A DNA stretch of 64,000 bases from assembly GCA_965243135.1 (NCBI GenBank), contig OZ251539.1:2368001-2432000 (forward strand), read 5' to 3'. The translations under genes and the position numbers were made by a program. Source of the stretch: Alphaproteobacteria bacterium (GTDB lineage Bacteria > Pseudomonadota > Alphaproteobacteria > MPNO01 > UBA830). A model generated the notes under the pieces. That model was not told where the DNA came from. It made no database searches and saw nothing but the letters and a program-made list of their open reading frames with translations. This document shows positions 1 through 9,146 of the stretch, piece by piece; the stretch's first letter is position 1, and the number at the start of each line of letters is the position of its first letter.

Positions 1-1081
1 CGACCGCCCGCGCCGAGACCTTTCCCGGACTGTAAAGGCATGTGGAAATCTCGATGCCCTTGACCAGCGGGATCCATGACGCGGAATAGGCGCCGACATT
101 GGAGGTATTTTCCGTTCTGAGCGCCAGCATGCGGCCGTCCCGGTCGAACGCGAGCCTGGCATCGACCACGAGGTCGCGAGCCTGATAGTCGGTGAGCATG
201 CATTCGGTCCGGTCCCCGGTCCACTTGACCGGCCGGCCCAGCCGCCGCGCAGCCCACAATACCAGCGCATGCTCCACGTAAAGCGCGTTGCGCGGACCGT
301 AGGAACCGCCGGCATCGCCGATGACGATGCGAACGTCGCCTTCATCCACTCCGAGCAACCCGGCGAGCTCCACCTTGTACCGGTAGATGCTGCCGGCCGT
401 GGTTCGCAGGGTGTAGCGACCATCCTTCCCGAAGACGCCCAGAGAAGAGCGCGGTTCCATGACGACCGCCGAAACCCGGCTGAGCGCGGTCCGGAGCGAC
501 ACGACATGCGCGGCTCCGTCGAAAACCTTGTCGGTCGACGCCGCTTCGTTGACATCGGCATCGATAGCGACGTTCGAACCGTGATCGGGCCAGACCAACG
601 GCGCCTCGGGACCGGCCGCCTTGCTTGTGTCGACGATGGCCGGCAGCGGCGCGTAGTCGATGCGGATCCGTTCCGCGGCGTCCCTCGCCTCCGCCACGGT
701 TTCGGCGACGACCATCGCGACCGGCTCGCCGACGTAACGCGCCCTATCGGCCGGCAACGGGTAATGCGGCGCGGCGAAACGGTCGCTGCCGTCGCGATTC
801 CGTAGCGCGATGTCCGGTGGGCTCGAGAAACCGAGGTTATGCGGGATCGCGCCGAGGCCGTCGGACAGCCAGTCGGCGCCGGTCAACGCCGCAAGGACGC
901 CGGGAGCGCTCTCCGCGGCGGTCGCGTCGACGGAACGGATCAGGGCGTGAGCGTAGGGCGACGCCACGAAGACCGCGCGAACCTGGCCGCTCAGCTCGGC
1001 GTCGTCCGCGAAGCGGCCTCGACCGGTGAGCAGATGCAGGTCTTCCTTGCGAAGCGGAGATCGACCGATCATCGCGTTCAT
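1..1081 (-). CDS. Xanthine dehydrogenase/CoxL-family molybdopterin-binding subunit (5' part; runs off the window start)
   Basis: Not in the ORF track. Manual translation from ATG 1081 (GGAGAG RBS) gives MNAMIGRSPLRKEDLHLLTGRGRFADD...SPYAHALIRSVD...GDAGGSYGPRN...NVGAY, typical of CoxL/XdhA-family N-termini. Confidence 0.88.
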   Translation of the reverse strand, partial: MNAMIGRSPLRKEDLHLLTGRGRFADDAELSGQVRAVFVASPYAHALIRSVDATAAESAPGVLAALTGADWLSDGLGAIPHNLGFSSPPDIALRNRDGSDRFAAPHYPLPADRARYVGEPVAMVVAETVAEARDAAERIRIDYAPLPAIVDTSKAAGPEAPLVWPDHGSNVAIDADVNEAASTDKVFDGAAHVVSLRTALSRVSAVVMEPRSSLGVFGKDGRYTLRTTAGSIYRYKVELAGLLGVDEGDVRIVIGDAGGSYGPRNALYVEHALVLWAARRLGRPVKWTGDRTECMLTDYQARDLVVDARLAFDRDGRMLALRTENTSNVGAYSASWIPLVKGIEISTCLYSPGKVSARAV

Positions 1082-1490
1082 GCGCTCTCCCCTATGTTGG
1101 CGACGCTCCGTGATCCAGCCGCCGCGACCGCCAACTTTGTTAATCGCAGCCGGATTCGTCAAGATACGGACCGCGGCGCGGCGCGACTTCGCCCGCCGGA
1201 GCTTGCGCCTTGACGTCGGCAGGCCCGCAAGGGCCTCTCGGACGTTCGAATTTCAAAACGAAAAGCGAATATCCGGTTGCCGCGGCATCGCGTCGCAACC
1301 CGGGGCGAGCCTGGCCGTGACGCGGGCGGCCAGTTGCGGGAGCGTCGGCAAACATCGAGGGAGCGAGTCAAGTCCTCCGCCGGCGACGACATGGATCGCG
1401 AGGCCGCCCTTTGCAGCCCGGCGGCCACGAGAATCAGGCGGATCGCCTTCAAACGGGGCGTTATGTGCGGCTCGAGCGCCGTTCTACGGA

Positions 1491-1852
1491 TTAGGTGGTG
1501 TTTTGCCGAAACCAGTCGGCGAGTCCTGCCTCTGTGATTTCTCCGTCCGCGACTCCTTCCATGATAGCTGCCGCATGAACGAAACTTGAGGTTATTCTGT
1601 TGTCGACCAGAAACAAACGGGCCGTAATCCGCGCGCTTGTTGCCCATGGTTTTTCGCGATACCCCAAGCGTAGGACGCAGCCAGCGCAGCGGCACCCTGA
1701 TCGCCATAAACGGCAAGGTTTCTCGGGCGCGTGCGAGCGGACTCCACGGCGCCGGGAGCCCGTACGCCGCCTAACCCGCCATGCTCGTGGATTTGATCAT
1801 CATGAATTTCGTGGACAGTTTTCAGATCAATTCAGCGCCAGACGGCGTTCAC
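1491..1852 (-). pseudogene. doc: Death-on-curing (Doc) family toxin pseudogene
   Basis: GTG 1852 overlaps the antitoxin stop. It reads VNAVWR*IDLKTVHEIHDDQIHEHGGLGGVRAPGAVESARTRPRNLAVYG..LAASYAWGIAKNHG, then frameshift, GNKR, frameshift, ITARLFLVDN...GEITEAGLADWFRQNTT*. There is an internal TGA at 1832-1834, and the F-x-D of the HxFxDGNKR motif is missing. Confidence 0.85.
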
Positions 1853-2070
1853 TTCGCAAGCGCTCGCAATATCTCACGGTCATCGTGCATAATTCTCTTG
1901 GCGAGCGTCATTCGACGTTCGCGGTCCAAACGGTGGCGGCTAAGTCGAAAGCTGCCGTCCTCCTCCTCGGTCAGATAGAAGACGTCGCCTTCCCTTAACC
2001 CCAGCTGCGCCATTTCCTCCTTTGTGAGGGTAAGGCCGGAAGGCCCAGCGGAAATTTTGAGCGAAAGCAT
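1849..2070 (-). CDS. AbrB/MazE/SpoVT-family antitoxin (Doc-associated type)
   Basis: 73 aa MLSLKISAGPSGLTLTKEEMAQLGLREGDVFYLTE..GSFRLS...RIMHDDREILRALAK, with GGAG RBS. Lies directly upstream of the doc remnant with a GTGA overlap. Confidence 0.85.
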   Translation of the reverse strand: MLSLKISAGPSGLTLTKEEMAQLGLREGDVFYLTEEEDGSFRLSRHRLDRERRMTLAKRIMHDDREILRALAK

Positions 2071-2140
2071 CCCTGCTCCGAAGTGCAACGCTTGGTTGGC
2101 CTGCGGCGATCCCCGCATAGAAGGCAATATTAGAGACACG

Positions 2141-2156
2141 TTGCCTATCGAGGCAA
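2141..2156. promoter_or_regulatory. Palindrome TTGCCT-N4-AGGCAA, candidate autoregulatory operator of the abrB-doc module
   Basis: Perfect 6-4-6 inverted repeat about 70 bp upstream of the antitoxin start; an additional AGGCAA half-site at 2122-2127. Function is inferred. Confidence 0.35.
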
Positions 2157-2348
2157 GGCGCTGTCAGTAACAGATGATATGTCCGGTTTTAGAACGTTTC
2201 CAGACCAAGGAGGTGGCGGCGGACGGAACGGCGACAGGGACTGAGGAAGTTCGAAGAGGCATCGCGCCCAAGGCTGGTTCCGCGACGGCTTCGACGCCAT
2301 CGTTCCCGGAGACGTCGGGCTGCGCCCGATTCCGGGGTCGCGCCCCGG

Positions 2349-3221
2349 TCAGGAGAGGGAGCGGTACCAGTCGAGTATGCGGCCGCCGGTCCACATGACC
2401 GCGCCGCCGGAAGAGGAAATCGCGTCGAGCGTCTTCTCGAAATGCTTGATGCGGAACGACGTCCCGGAAATATAAGGGTGAACGGCGATCGCCATCACCC
2501 GCGCCCCGTTCTCCCCTTCGAGATGCAGGCGCTCGAAGCTGTCCATGCAGCGATCGTAGAATTCCGCCGCCTTGTGATGCTGGACGAGCATCATCGGGAT
2601 GTCGTTGAGCTCCACCGTGTAGGGAACGGAAATCAGCGGACCATGCTCCGTGCGTATTTCGAACGGCAGATCGTCCATCGGATAATCCGCGACGTATTCG
2701 ATGCCCTGCTCGGCGAGATAGTCGGGCGTCTCCCAGGTTTCCGTCAGCCCGGGGCCCATCCAGCCCCGCGGCGGGCGGCCCGTGAAGTCCCTGATCGCCT
2801 CGATGGTGCGGCGGATGTCGTCGCGCTGGTCCTCGATCAGATGGGTCGGACGCTGAAGGAAGGCGTGACCGAGAAACTCCCATCCGGCATCCCTCGCGGC
2901 GCCGGCGAGGCGCGGGTACTGCGCGCACACCGAACCGTTCACCGACATCGTCACGGGAATTCCGCGCGACGTCAGGGCTTCGTGCAGCCGCCAGAATCCG
3001 ACCCGCATGCCGTATTCCTGCCACGACCAGTTGGGAATGTCGGGAACGTGCGTCCGCCCGCCCGGCGGCGGCAGCACCGTGCGCGGCATGGGTTTTTCGA
3101 TGTCCCAATTCTCGATGTTGACGACGACCCAGACGGCTACGCGCTTGCCGTCGGGCAAGGCCGCGGGAGGCCGATCCGCGATGGCCGAATAGTCGATGCG
3201 GTCGCGGGGTTTGAGAACCAT
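2349..3221 (-). CDS. Polysaccharide deacetylase family protein (PuuE/allantoinase-like)
   Basis: MVLKPRDRIDYSAIADRPP..VAVWVVVNIENW..NWSWQEYGMRVGFWR..EFLGH..PRGWMGPGL..PYTVELND..IAVHPY; real start is ATG 3221, inside the longer called ORF. Confidence 0.88.
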   Translation of the reverse strand: MVLKPRDRIDYSAIADRPPAALPDGKRVAVWVVVNIENWDIEKPMPRTVLPPPGGRTHVPDIPNWSWQEYGMRVGFWRLHEALTSRGIPVTMSVNGSVCAQYPRLAGAARDAGWEFLGHAFLQRPTHLIEDQRDDIRRTIEAIRDFTGRPPRGWMGPGLTETWETPDYLAEQGIEYVADYPMDDLPFEIRTEHGPLISVPYTVELNDIPMMLVQHHKAAEFYDRCMDSFERLHLEGENGARVMAIAVHPYISGTSFRIKHFEKTLDAISSSGGAVMWTGGRILDWYRSLS

Positions 3222-3250
3222 TTCCGTCCGGCCGGCCGACGGCCGCCCTC

Positions 3251-4603
3251 CTAATTTCCCATCAGGCTCGGCAGATACAGCGCGACCCCCGGCGCGATGA
3301 CCAGGATGACGATCAGTATCAGGTCGCACAGCAGGTACGGCGCGGCGGCGAGCGCCACCTGGCCGAGCGTGGTTCCGCGCACCATTCCCATCATTATGAA
3401 CAGGAGCAATCCGAACGGCGGAGTCGTCGCGCTCATCTCCAGGGACATGAGGACGATCAGCGAGAACCATATCGGGTCGTACCCGAGCTGCGTCGCGATC
3501 GGATAGAAGATCGGCACCGTGATCAGCATCATCGAAACCTGGTCCATGAACATGCCGAGCAGAATCAGGACCAGGAACATCGCCGCGAGAATGACTAGCG
3601 GCGCCACCTCGAAACCGGTCGCCCAGGCGACGAAGCCGCGGCTCGCCCCCGAATAGGACAGCAACTGGCTGAACACCGTGGAATTCATCAGGATGAAGAA
3701 CACCATCCCGACCACCCGGATCGTGCCGATCAGCGACGTCTTGAAGGCGTCCCACGTGAAGACGCCGCGCAACAGCGCCAGGATGCAGACGCCGACCACG
3801 CCGAAAGAGGCCGATTCCGAAGGAGTCGCCCAGCCCAGCACGATGAAGCCGATGACGAGAAAGACCACGAAGCCCATCGGCAGGATGTTCACGAAAATCT
3901 GATAGGCTTTCTGCTTCCAGGTCGTCGAATCCACCTCGTAGCTGGGCGCCCCTTCCGGGTTCATCACGAGCATCAGCGTGATCATGCCGGCGTAGAGCCC
4001 GGCCAACAGGAAGCCCGGCAGGAGCCCGGCGATCAGAAGGGCGCCGACGTCGACGCCCGCGATGCTGGCCAGCAATACGCCGAGCGACGACGGGGGGATG
4101 ATCATCGCAAGGCCGCCGGTGCCGAGAATCGGCCCCATCGACATGTGCTTGTTGTAGCCGCGGCGCTGCATCTCGGGCACCAGCAACGAGCCGAGCATGG
4201 CCGTATTCGCCATCGTGGATCCGGTCAACGTCGAAAACAGGGAGCCGCCGATCACCGTCAGATAGCAGAGGCGGCCGGGGATCTTGCCGAGCAACGTATC
4301 CAGCGCGTCGAAGACGCGGATGGCGAGGCCCGTGTGGAAGAACAGCGACCCCATGAGGATGAACATGGGAATCGGCGACAGGGTGAAGGTCGTGATGAGT
4401 TGCGGCGCGTTGTCGACGATCTGGGGCAGCTTGAGTTGGGCCTCGCTCAAAAAGCCGCCCAACTCCCAGACCGGCTTGCCGATGACGAAGACGCAGGTGC
4501 CGATGACGTTGGTGATGAGGAAAGTGAAAGCGACCGGAAAGCCGAGCGCCATGCCGGTCACGACGCAGCCGAGAAGAATCGTGCCGGCCCAGTACCACTC
4601 CAT
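3251..4603 (-). CDS. dctM: TRAP transporter large permease
   Basis: Hydrophobic 450 aa from MEWYWAG; contains IPMFILMG, GGLAMIIPPS and TTPPFG motifs. Confidence 0.92.
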   Translation of the reverse strand: MEWYWAGTILLGCVVTGMALGFPVAFTFLITNVIGTCVFVIGKPVWELGGFLSEAQLKLPQIVDNAPQLITTFTLSPIPMFILMGSLFFHTGLAIRVFDALDTLLGKIPGRLCYLTVIGGSLFSTLTGSTMANTAMLGSLLVPEMQRRGYNKHMSMGPILGTGGLAMIIPPSSLGVLLASIAGVDVGALLIAGLLPGFLLAGLYAGMITLMLVMNPEGAPSYEVDSTTWKQKAYQIFVNILPMGFVVFLVIGFIVLGWATPSESASFGVVGVCILALLRGVFTWDAFKTSLIGTIRVVGMVFFILMNSTVFSQLLSYSGASRGFVAWATGFEVAPLVILAAMFLVLILLGMFMDQVSMMLITVPIFYPIATQLGYDPIWFSLIVLMSLEMSATTPPFGLLLFIMMGMVRGTTLGQVALAAAPYLLCDLILIVILVIAPGVALYLPSLMGN

Positions 4604-4605
4604 GG

Positions 4606-5121
4606 TCAGACGCCGTCCTTCACTTCTCCGAGGTCGTAGGAGTAGTAATGCCGCCGTCCGATCAGGTACATGAGAAACTCGAGCGTGACGAGGGCGAAAC
4701 CGATGATCATCGGGAAAAACTGCGCCCAGTAGGGCATGTCGACGCCGCGCACGTCGAGTTGCCCGGACTCTGCCGCCTCGACGAACAGGCCCCAGGCGAA
4801 GAACGTGAACAGCGCCGCCGCCAGCGTGCACGTCGTGTAGACGAGCTTCGCCAGCGGCAGCCGCACTCCGTTCGGCAAAATCGAAACGACCGCCTCGATG
4901 GCGACGTGCCCCTTCTCGCGCACCAGCCACGGCGCGGCGAACATGGCGATGTACAGGAGCGCGTACTCGACCACGGACGACGTGAACAGGGGCGGCGTGA
5001 CTCCAACCGTTCGCAGCGAGACGTCGACTACGATCATCGTGAACAGGCAGGGAATGACGGCGCTGGCCGCCCAGGCCAGCGCCGTCGAAACCTTGCCGAG
5101 AATCCGGTCGAAGCGGTCCAC
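4606..5121 (-). CDS. dctQ: TRAP transporter small permease
   Basis: About 171 aa, four hydrophobic segments, VVEYALLY..APWLVREKGHVAIE; lies between dctP and dctM. Start (GTG 5121) is approximate. Confidence 0.85.
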   Translation of the reverse strand: MDRFDRILGKVSTALAWAASAVIPCLFTMIVVDVSLRTVGVTPPLFTSSVVEYALLYIAMFAAPWLVREKGHVAIEAVVSILPNGVRLPLAKLVYTTCTLAAALFTFFAWGLFVEAAESGQLDVRGVDMPYWAQFFPMIIGFALVTLEFLMYLIGRRHYYSYDLGEVKDGV

Positions 5122-5126
5122 GGCGG

Positions 5127-6158
5127 TTACTGACGAAGGCGGGAGGTCGCGCTCTTCAGATCCACCTGGCGGTTGGGCTTGCCCGGAACGTACATCAGGG
5201 GCTTCAACCTGTCGTGGAATTCGGAACGCTTCTTCAGCTCCTTCCAGATCTCCTGATGCGCGATGTCGAGGTAGCTCGCGGCGGCGTCGCCCTCGAGGAC
5301 GATGTCTTCGACGCCCGCCGCCTTGAGTTGGACTTCTTCCTCGTGCCGCGACTTTTCGACGAAACGAACGGAGGTCGTTTCGTATTCGACCGCGAGGTCG
5401 TCCAAGGCCTTTCGCTGCCCGTCGGAGAGCTTTTTCCAGGACGCCGCGTTCACGGTGATCACCGTGTTGGTCTGGTAGAAGTTCGGCACGACGCGGAACT
5501 TCGTGACCTTGTGGAAGCCGTTCGGCACCACCGAGACGTCCGTAAAGCCGAAACCGTCGACGGTGCCGCGCTGCATCGCGGTGAAGACCTCGCTTCCCTT
5601 GATGTTGATCGTGGACGCGCCGAGCGCCCGGAACAACGGACGATAGGTTCCGGTCGCGCGCATCTTCATCCCCGTCAGATCGGGAAGGCCGTTCTTCATC
5701 TTCGGCTTCTTGGCGAGATACATGTGATAAGACGTCATGCTCTCGCCCCAGGCGAGCAGGTGCGCGCCCGCCTTTTTCATATACACCTCCTGAAGCACTT
5801 CCCATGCGCCGTTCTTGCGCAACGCGGAGGGGCCTTGGTTCGCCGCGAGAATCGCGTAGCCTTCGGGCACCGTGCCGATGTAGTAGGCGGTCGGCGAATG
5901 CAGCATGTCGAATTGTCCGCGCTTCAACGCGTTCGCGGCCTTGCGCGGCGGCACGATCTCCTGGCCGCCCTTGTATTCGACCTGAACCACTCCCTTCGCC
6001 GCCTTGTTCAACGGCGCAACGAAGGTTTCCAGGAAACTCTTGGTGAGCGTGTTGGTCTGCTGCAGCGACGTGACGGCGCTGAGCGAATCGAGCGAGAACG
6101 CCGGCGACGCTGCGAGGCAAGCAGCGGCGCCCAGCGCGCCAAATGCGAATCGTGACAT
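5127..6158 (-). CDS. dctP: TRAP transporter substrate-binding protein DctP (copy 1)
   Basis: Signal peptide; GGQEIVPP, DLTGMKMRATG and SEVFTAMQRGTVDG motifs. Confidence 0.92.
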   Translation of the reverse strand: MSRFAFGALGAAACLAASPAFSLDSLSAVTSLQQTNTLTKSFLETFVAPLNKAAKGVVQVEYKGGQEIVPPRKAANALKRGQFDMLHSPTAYYIGTVPEGYAILAANQGPSALRKNGAWEVLQEVYMKKAGAHLLAWGESMTSYHMYLAKKPKMKNGLPDLTGMKMRATGTYRPLFRALGASTINIKGSEVFTAMQRGTVDGFGFTDVSVVPNGFHKVTKFRVVPNFYQTNTVITVNAASWKKLSDGQRKALDDLAVEYETTSVRFVEKSRHEEEVQLKAAGVEDIVLEGDAAASYLDIAHQEIWKELKKRSEFHDRLKPLMYVPGKPNRQVDLKSATSRLRQ

Positions 6159-6194
6159 TCCATTCTCCAGATTATGAGCCCATCTAGCGAGCGT

Positions 6195-6222
6195 ACCATA
6201 GGCGAACTCCGCCCGGTGTCAA
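6195..6222 (-). promoter_or_regulatory. Candidate sigma70 promoter for dctP copy 1
   Basis: Minus strand TTGACA-N16-TATGGT about 40 bp upstream of ATG 6158. Confidence 0.4.
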
Positions 6223-6273
6223 CGGCCGCGCCGCGCTCCGGGGGAAGCGTCCCCGGGTTCCGGCCGGCCGGCG

Positions 6274-7296
6274 TCAGCGGAGTTTCGAGCCGGTCGCGAA
6301 CGTGGCCTGCCGGTTGGGCTTCCCCGGGACGTACATCAGGGGACGAAGCTTGCCGGCGTACTCGGAGCGGTTTTCCAGTTCCTTCCAGATCGCGTCGTAC
6401 GCGGCGTCGAGATACTTCCTGGCCGCCTTGCCCTCGAGCACGATGTCCTTGACGCCGGCCGCCCTGAGTTGCTCGTCCTCCTTGAGGCGCTGCTCCTCCA
6501 TCCAGTGAACGGACGTGGTCTCGTATTCGATCGCGGCGTCGTTGACTTTCTTCCGGTCCTCCGCGCTCAGCGCTTTCCAGCTCTGCGGATTCATCGTCAG
6601 AACCTGATTGGTCTGATAGTAGTTGGGCAGGATCCGGTACTTCACCGCCTTGTGCAGGCCGATCGCGACGACGGCCACGTCGGGGAAGCCGAAGCCCTGG
6701 ACGGTTCCGCGCTGGATCGCGGTGAAGATTTCGCTGGACTTGATGTTGATGGTCGAGGCCCCGAGAGCCCGGAACAAAGGACGGTAGGTGCCGGTGGCGC
6801 GCATTTTCACGCCCGTGAGGTCGGGCGCGCCGTCCTTGTCGAGCTTCGGCTTGATCGTCAGATAGGTGTAGTAGGACGTCATGTTCTCGCCCCAGGCGAG
6901 AAGCTTGGCGCCTGCTTTTTTCAGATAGACCTCTTCGAGGACCTTCCAGCCGCCGTTCTTGCGGAGCGACGCCGGCCCCTGGTTGGATCCGTACATCGCG
7001 TAACCCTCGGGGACCGTGCCGATGTAATAGGCCGTGGGACTGCTCAAAAGATCGAACTGGCCGCGCCTGAGGGCGTTCGCCGCCTTGCGCGGCGGCACGA
7101 CCTCCTGACCGCCGATATACCTGACCACGAGCCCTTTCCTTTGCGCCGGTTCGAGGAAGTTCCTGAGAAAACTCTTCGCCAGCGTGTTCGTCTGCTGAAG
7201 AGCCGTGACCGCGCTGAGCTCCTTCGCCCCCGCCGAAGAAAATGCCAGAACCGCCGCCGTCAAGGCCGAGGCAGCGCCTGCGAATTTCGAGACCAT
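6274..7296 (-). CDS. dctP: TRAP transporter substrate-binding protein DctP (copy 2, tandem paralogue)
   Basis: Signal peptide; long identical stretches with copy 1 (SPTAYYIGTVPEGYA, MRATGTYRPLFRALGASTINIK, LMYVPGKPNRQ). Confidence 0.92.
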   Translation of the reverse strand: MVSKFAGAASALTAAVLAFSSAGAKELSAVTALQQTNTLAKSFLRNFLEPAQRKGLVVRYIGGQEVVPPRKAANALRRGQFDLLSSPTAYYIGTVPEGYAMYGSNQGPASLRKNGGWKVLEEVYLKKAGAKLLAWGENMTSYYTYLTIKPKLDKDGAPDLTGVKMRATGTYRPLFRALGASTINIKSSEIFTAIQRGTVQGFGFPDVAVVAIGLHKAVKYRILPNYYQTNQVLTMNPQSWKALSAEDRKKVNDAAIEYETTSVHWMEEQRLKEDEQLRAAGVKDIVLEGKAARKYLDAAYDAIWKELENRSEYAGKLRPLMYVPGKPNRQATFATGSKLR

Positions 7297-7338
7297 GATG
7301 TTCTCCCCGTCGTCGTTCGGGCTTCGCGCCCGTTCGGA

Positions 7339-7369
7339 AGCATAGTGCCGGCGGACGGCGAGATGTCAA
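7339..7369 (-). promoter_or_regulatory. Candidate sigma70 promoter for dctP copy 2
   Basis: Minus strand TTGACA (7369-7364) followed 16-19 nt later by CACTATGCT. Confidence 0.3.
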
Positions 7370-7893
7370 TCGTTCCGCGCCGGCGAAACGGTCTGCCGAA
7401 CGCCTGCGCCCCGGCCAGGAAGAGCGGCGCCCTTTCCTTCCACTCGGCGAGTGCAGGCGCTTCGTCGGGAGCGATTGCCTTCTTCGCCGCCTTGGAAGGG
7501 CTCGCGGGGGCGCCGCGCGAGAACGACCGGTCCGGGAGCGAAGTCGGGGTCTACCCGAGCGCGGCCGCGACAAGCGCTCCACGGGAGCGGACGGTCGGCG
7601 CGGCGCGGCCAAGGCAAGATCCACGAGGCGGCGCAGCGCAGCATCGTCGCCCGGCGTTTCCGCGAATCGCTCGCCCGTCCGGAGTCCTCGACGCCTTGAC
7701 TCGCCGGCCGATCCGTTCCGATACTTCCCTCGCGACAGCGCATCCCGCCTGCCTGCGGCGCGCTCCGCAGTTCATGGGCCGGCAGCGGCTTCGAGGCCGG
7801 AGAACGTCCGGGATCCGCCCGAGCGGACCGCCGACGGCTCCGCGAAGCGAAGCGGCGAACCGGTTTCCGCCACTCCCTTGCCCGGAGGAAGGT

Positions 7894-8961
7894 ATGGACG
7901 AAAGACGCATCGACGGCCGGCGCGGCGTCGCGCGGCCCGGGCGGCCCGGGCGGCCCGTCTTCGACCCTTCAGAGTGGCGCGGCGAAGAACTGGCCGCGCG
8001 GGAAGGATGGTTTCTGCGCTTCGACGACGGCGAAATCCGGGATCTGATGGAGATGTGTCGCTCCGTAAGGGAGACGGTCGGCGACGATCCCGGCAATCTC
8101 ATCGCCATTCCTCCAGGCGGCTTCGACCTCGGCAGGTTCGCCGGAAAGCTCGGCCATATCCGGAAAGAGCTGAAAGACGGCGTCGGCGCGATCATGCTGC
8201 GCGGCTTGCCGGTCCGCGACATGGAACTGATGGATGTCGCGATCGTCTATTGGGCGATCGGACGGCAACTCGGAAAGCCCATGTCGAACAACGCGCAGGG
8301 CGACCTGTTCGGGCACGTCACCGACTTGGGCAAGGACTACCGGGATCCGGAGGTGCGCGGGTACCAGACGCGAGCGACCATGGACTACCACTGCGACCAA
8401 TGCGCCATCGTAGGGCTGCTGTGCCTGCGCACCGCCAAGTCGGGGGGCACGTCCAAAATCGCCAGTTCCGTCGCGGTCTACAACGAACTGCTGGCGCGAC
8501 GGCCCGATCTCGCGGCGGCGCTGACGGAGCCCGTGTTCTGGTCCAAGCACGGCGAAGTCGACGCCGGGGAAGCGAACTACTACGAGAGTCCGGTGTTCAA
8601 TTTTCTGGGGGGCTACCTCTGCACGTCGTTCGGGCCCATGCACATCCACAAGGGCCACGCCCTGCCCGAAACGCCGCCCCTGACCGACGAGCAGCGGGAG
8701 GCCATACGCCTGGCGGAGGACTTGGCGGAGGAGCAACGCTACGAGGTCGATTTCGAGGTCGGCGACATTCAACTCCTCAACAATTTCGTCGTGCTGCACA
8801 CCCGCAACGAATTCGAGGATTGGCCGGAGAAGGAGCGAAAGCGGCTGTTGTGGCGCCTGTGGCTCTCCGACGACGGATTGAGACCGCCAACCGCCTACGC
8901 GTTGCAATGGCGCCGCGGCGTAAAACTTTCGGAAACGGCGGAACGCATCGCGCTGTCCTGA
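7894..8961 (+). CDS. TauD/TfdA-family Fe(II)/2-oxoglutarate dioxygenase
   Basis: ATG 7894 after GGAGGAAGG; HxD motif in MDYHCD, then GLLCLRTAKSGG and GDIQLLNNFVVLHTR..RLLWRLWL. Confidence 0.9.
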   Translation: MDERRIDGRRGVARPGRPGRPVFDPSEWRGEELAAREGWFLRFDDGEIRDLMEMCRSVRETVGDDPGNLIAIPPGGFDLGRFAGKLGHIRKELKDGVGAIMLRGLPVRDMELMDVAIVYWAIGRQLGKPMSNNAQGDLFGHVTDLGKDYRDPEVRGYQTRATMDYHCDQCAIVGLLCLRTAKSGGTSKIASSVAVYNELLARRPDLAAALTEPVFWSKHGEVDAGEANYYESPVFNFLGGYLCTSFGPMHIHKGHALPETPPLTDEQREAIRLAEDLAEEQRYEVDFEVGDIQLLNNFVVLHTRNEFEDWPEKERKRLLWRLWLSDDGLRPPTAYALQWRRGVKLSETAERIALS

Positions 8962-9146
8962 CGGCGCGACGACAGGCGGCGGCTGGACGCTTTGCGTTTC
9001 TCCCTGTCGCGCCCGACGATGCGGGCTGCGGCGATCGCCGACGCGAAAAAGCGCCCGTTCGCCGCAGCCGTCCCGACCGACTCCAGGCGCCGGCGAATGA
9101 TCCTCCCTTCCAGCGCGAGAGCCTCGTCCGACCCGGAGGACCTTCG

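Noticed and set aside
1832-1834. TGA recoding (Trp or Sec) in doc
   Set aside because: TGA is the normal stop of many genes here, and doc also has frameshifts, so this is a nonsense mutation.
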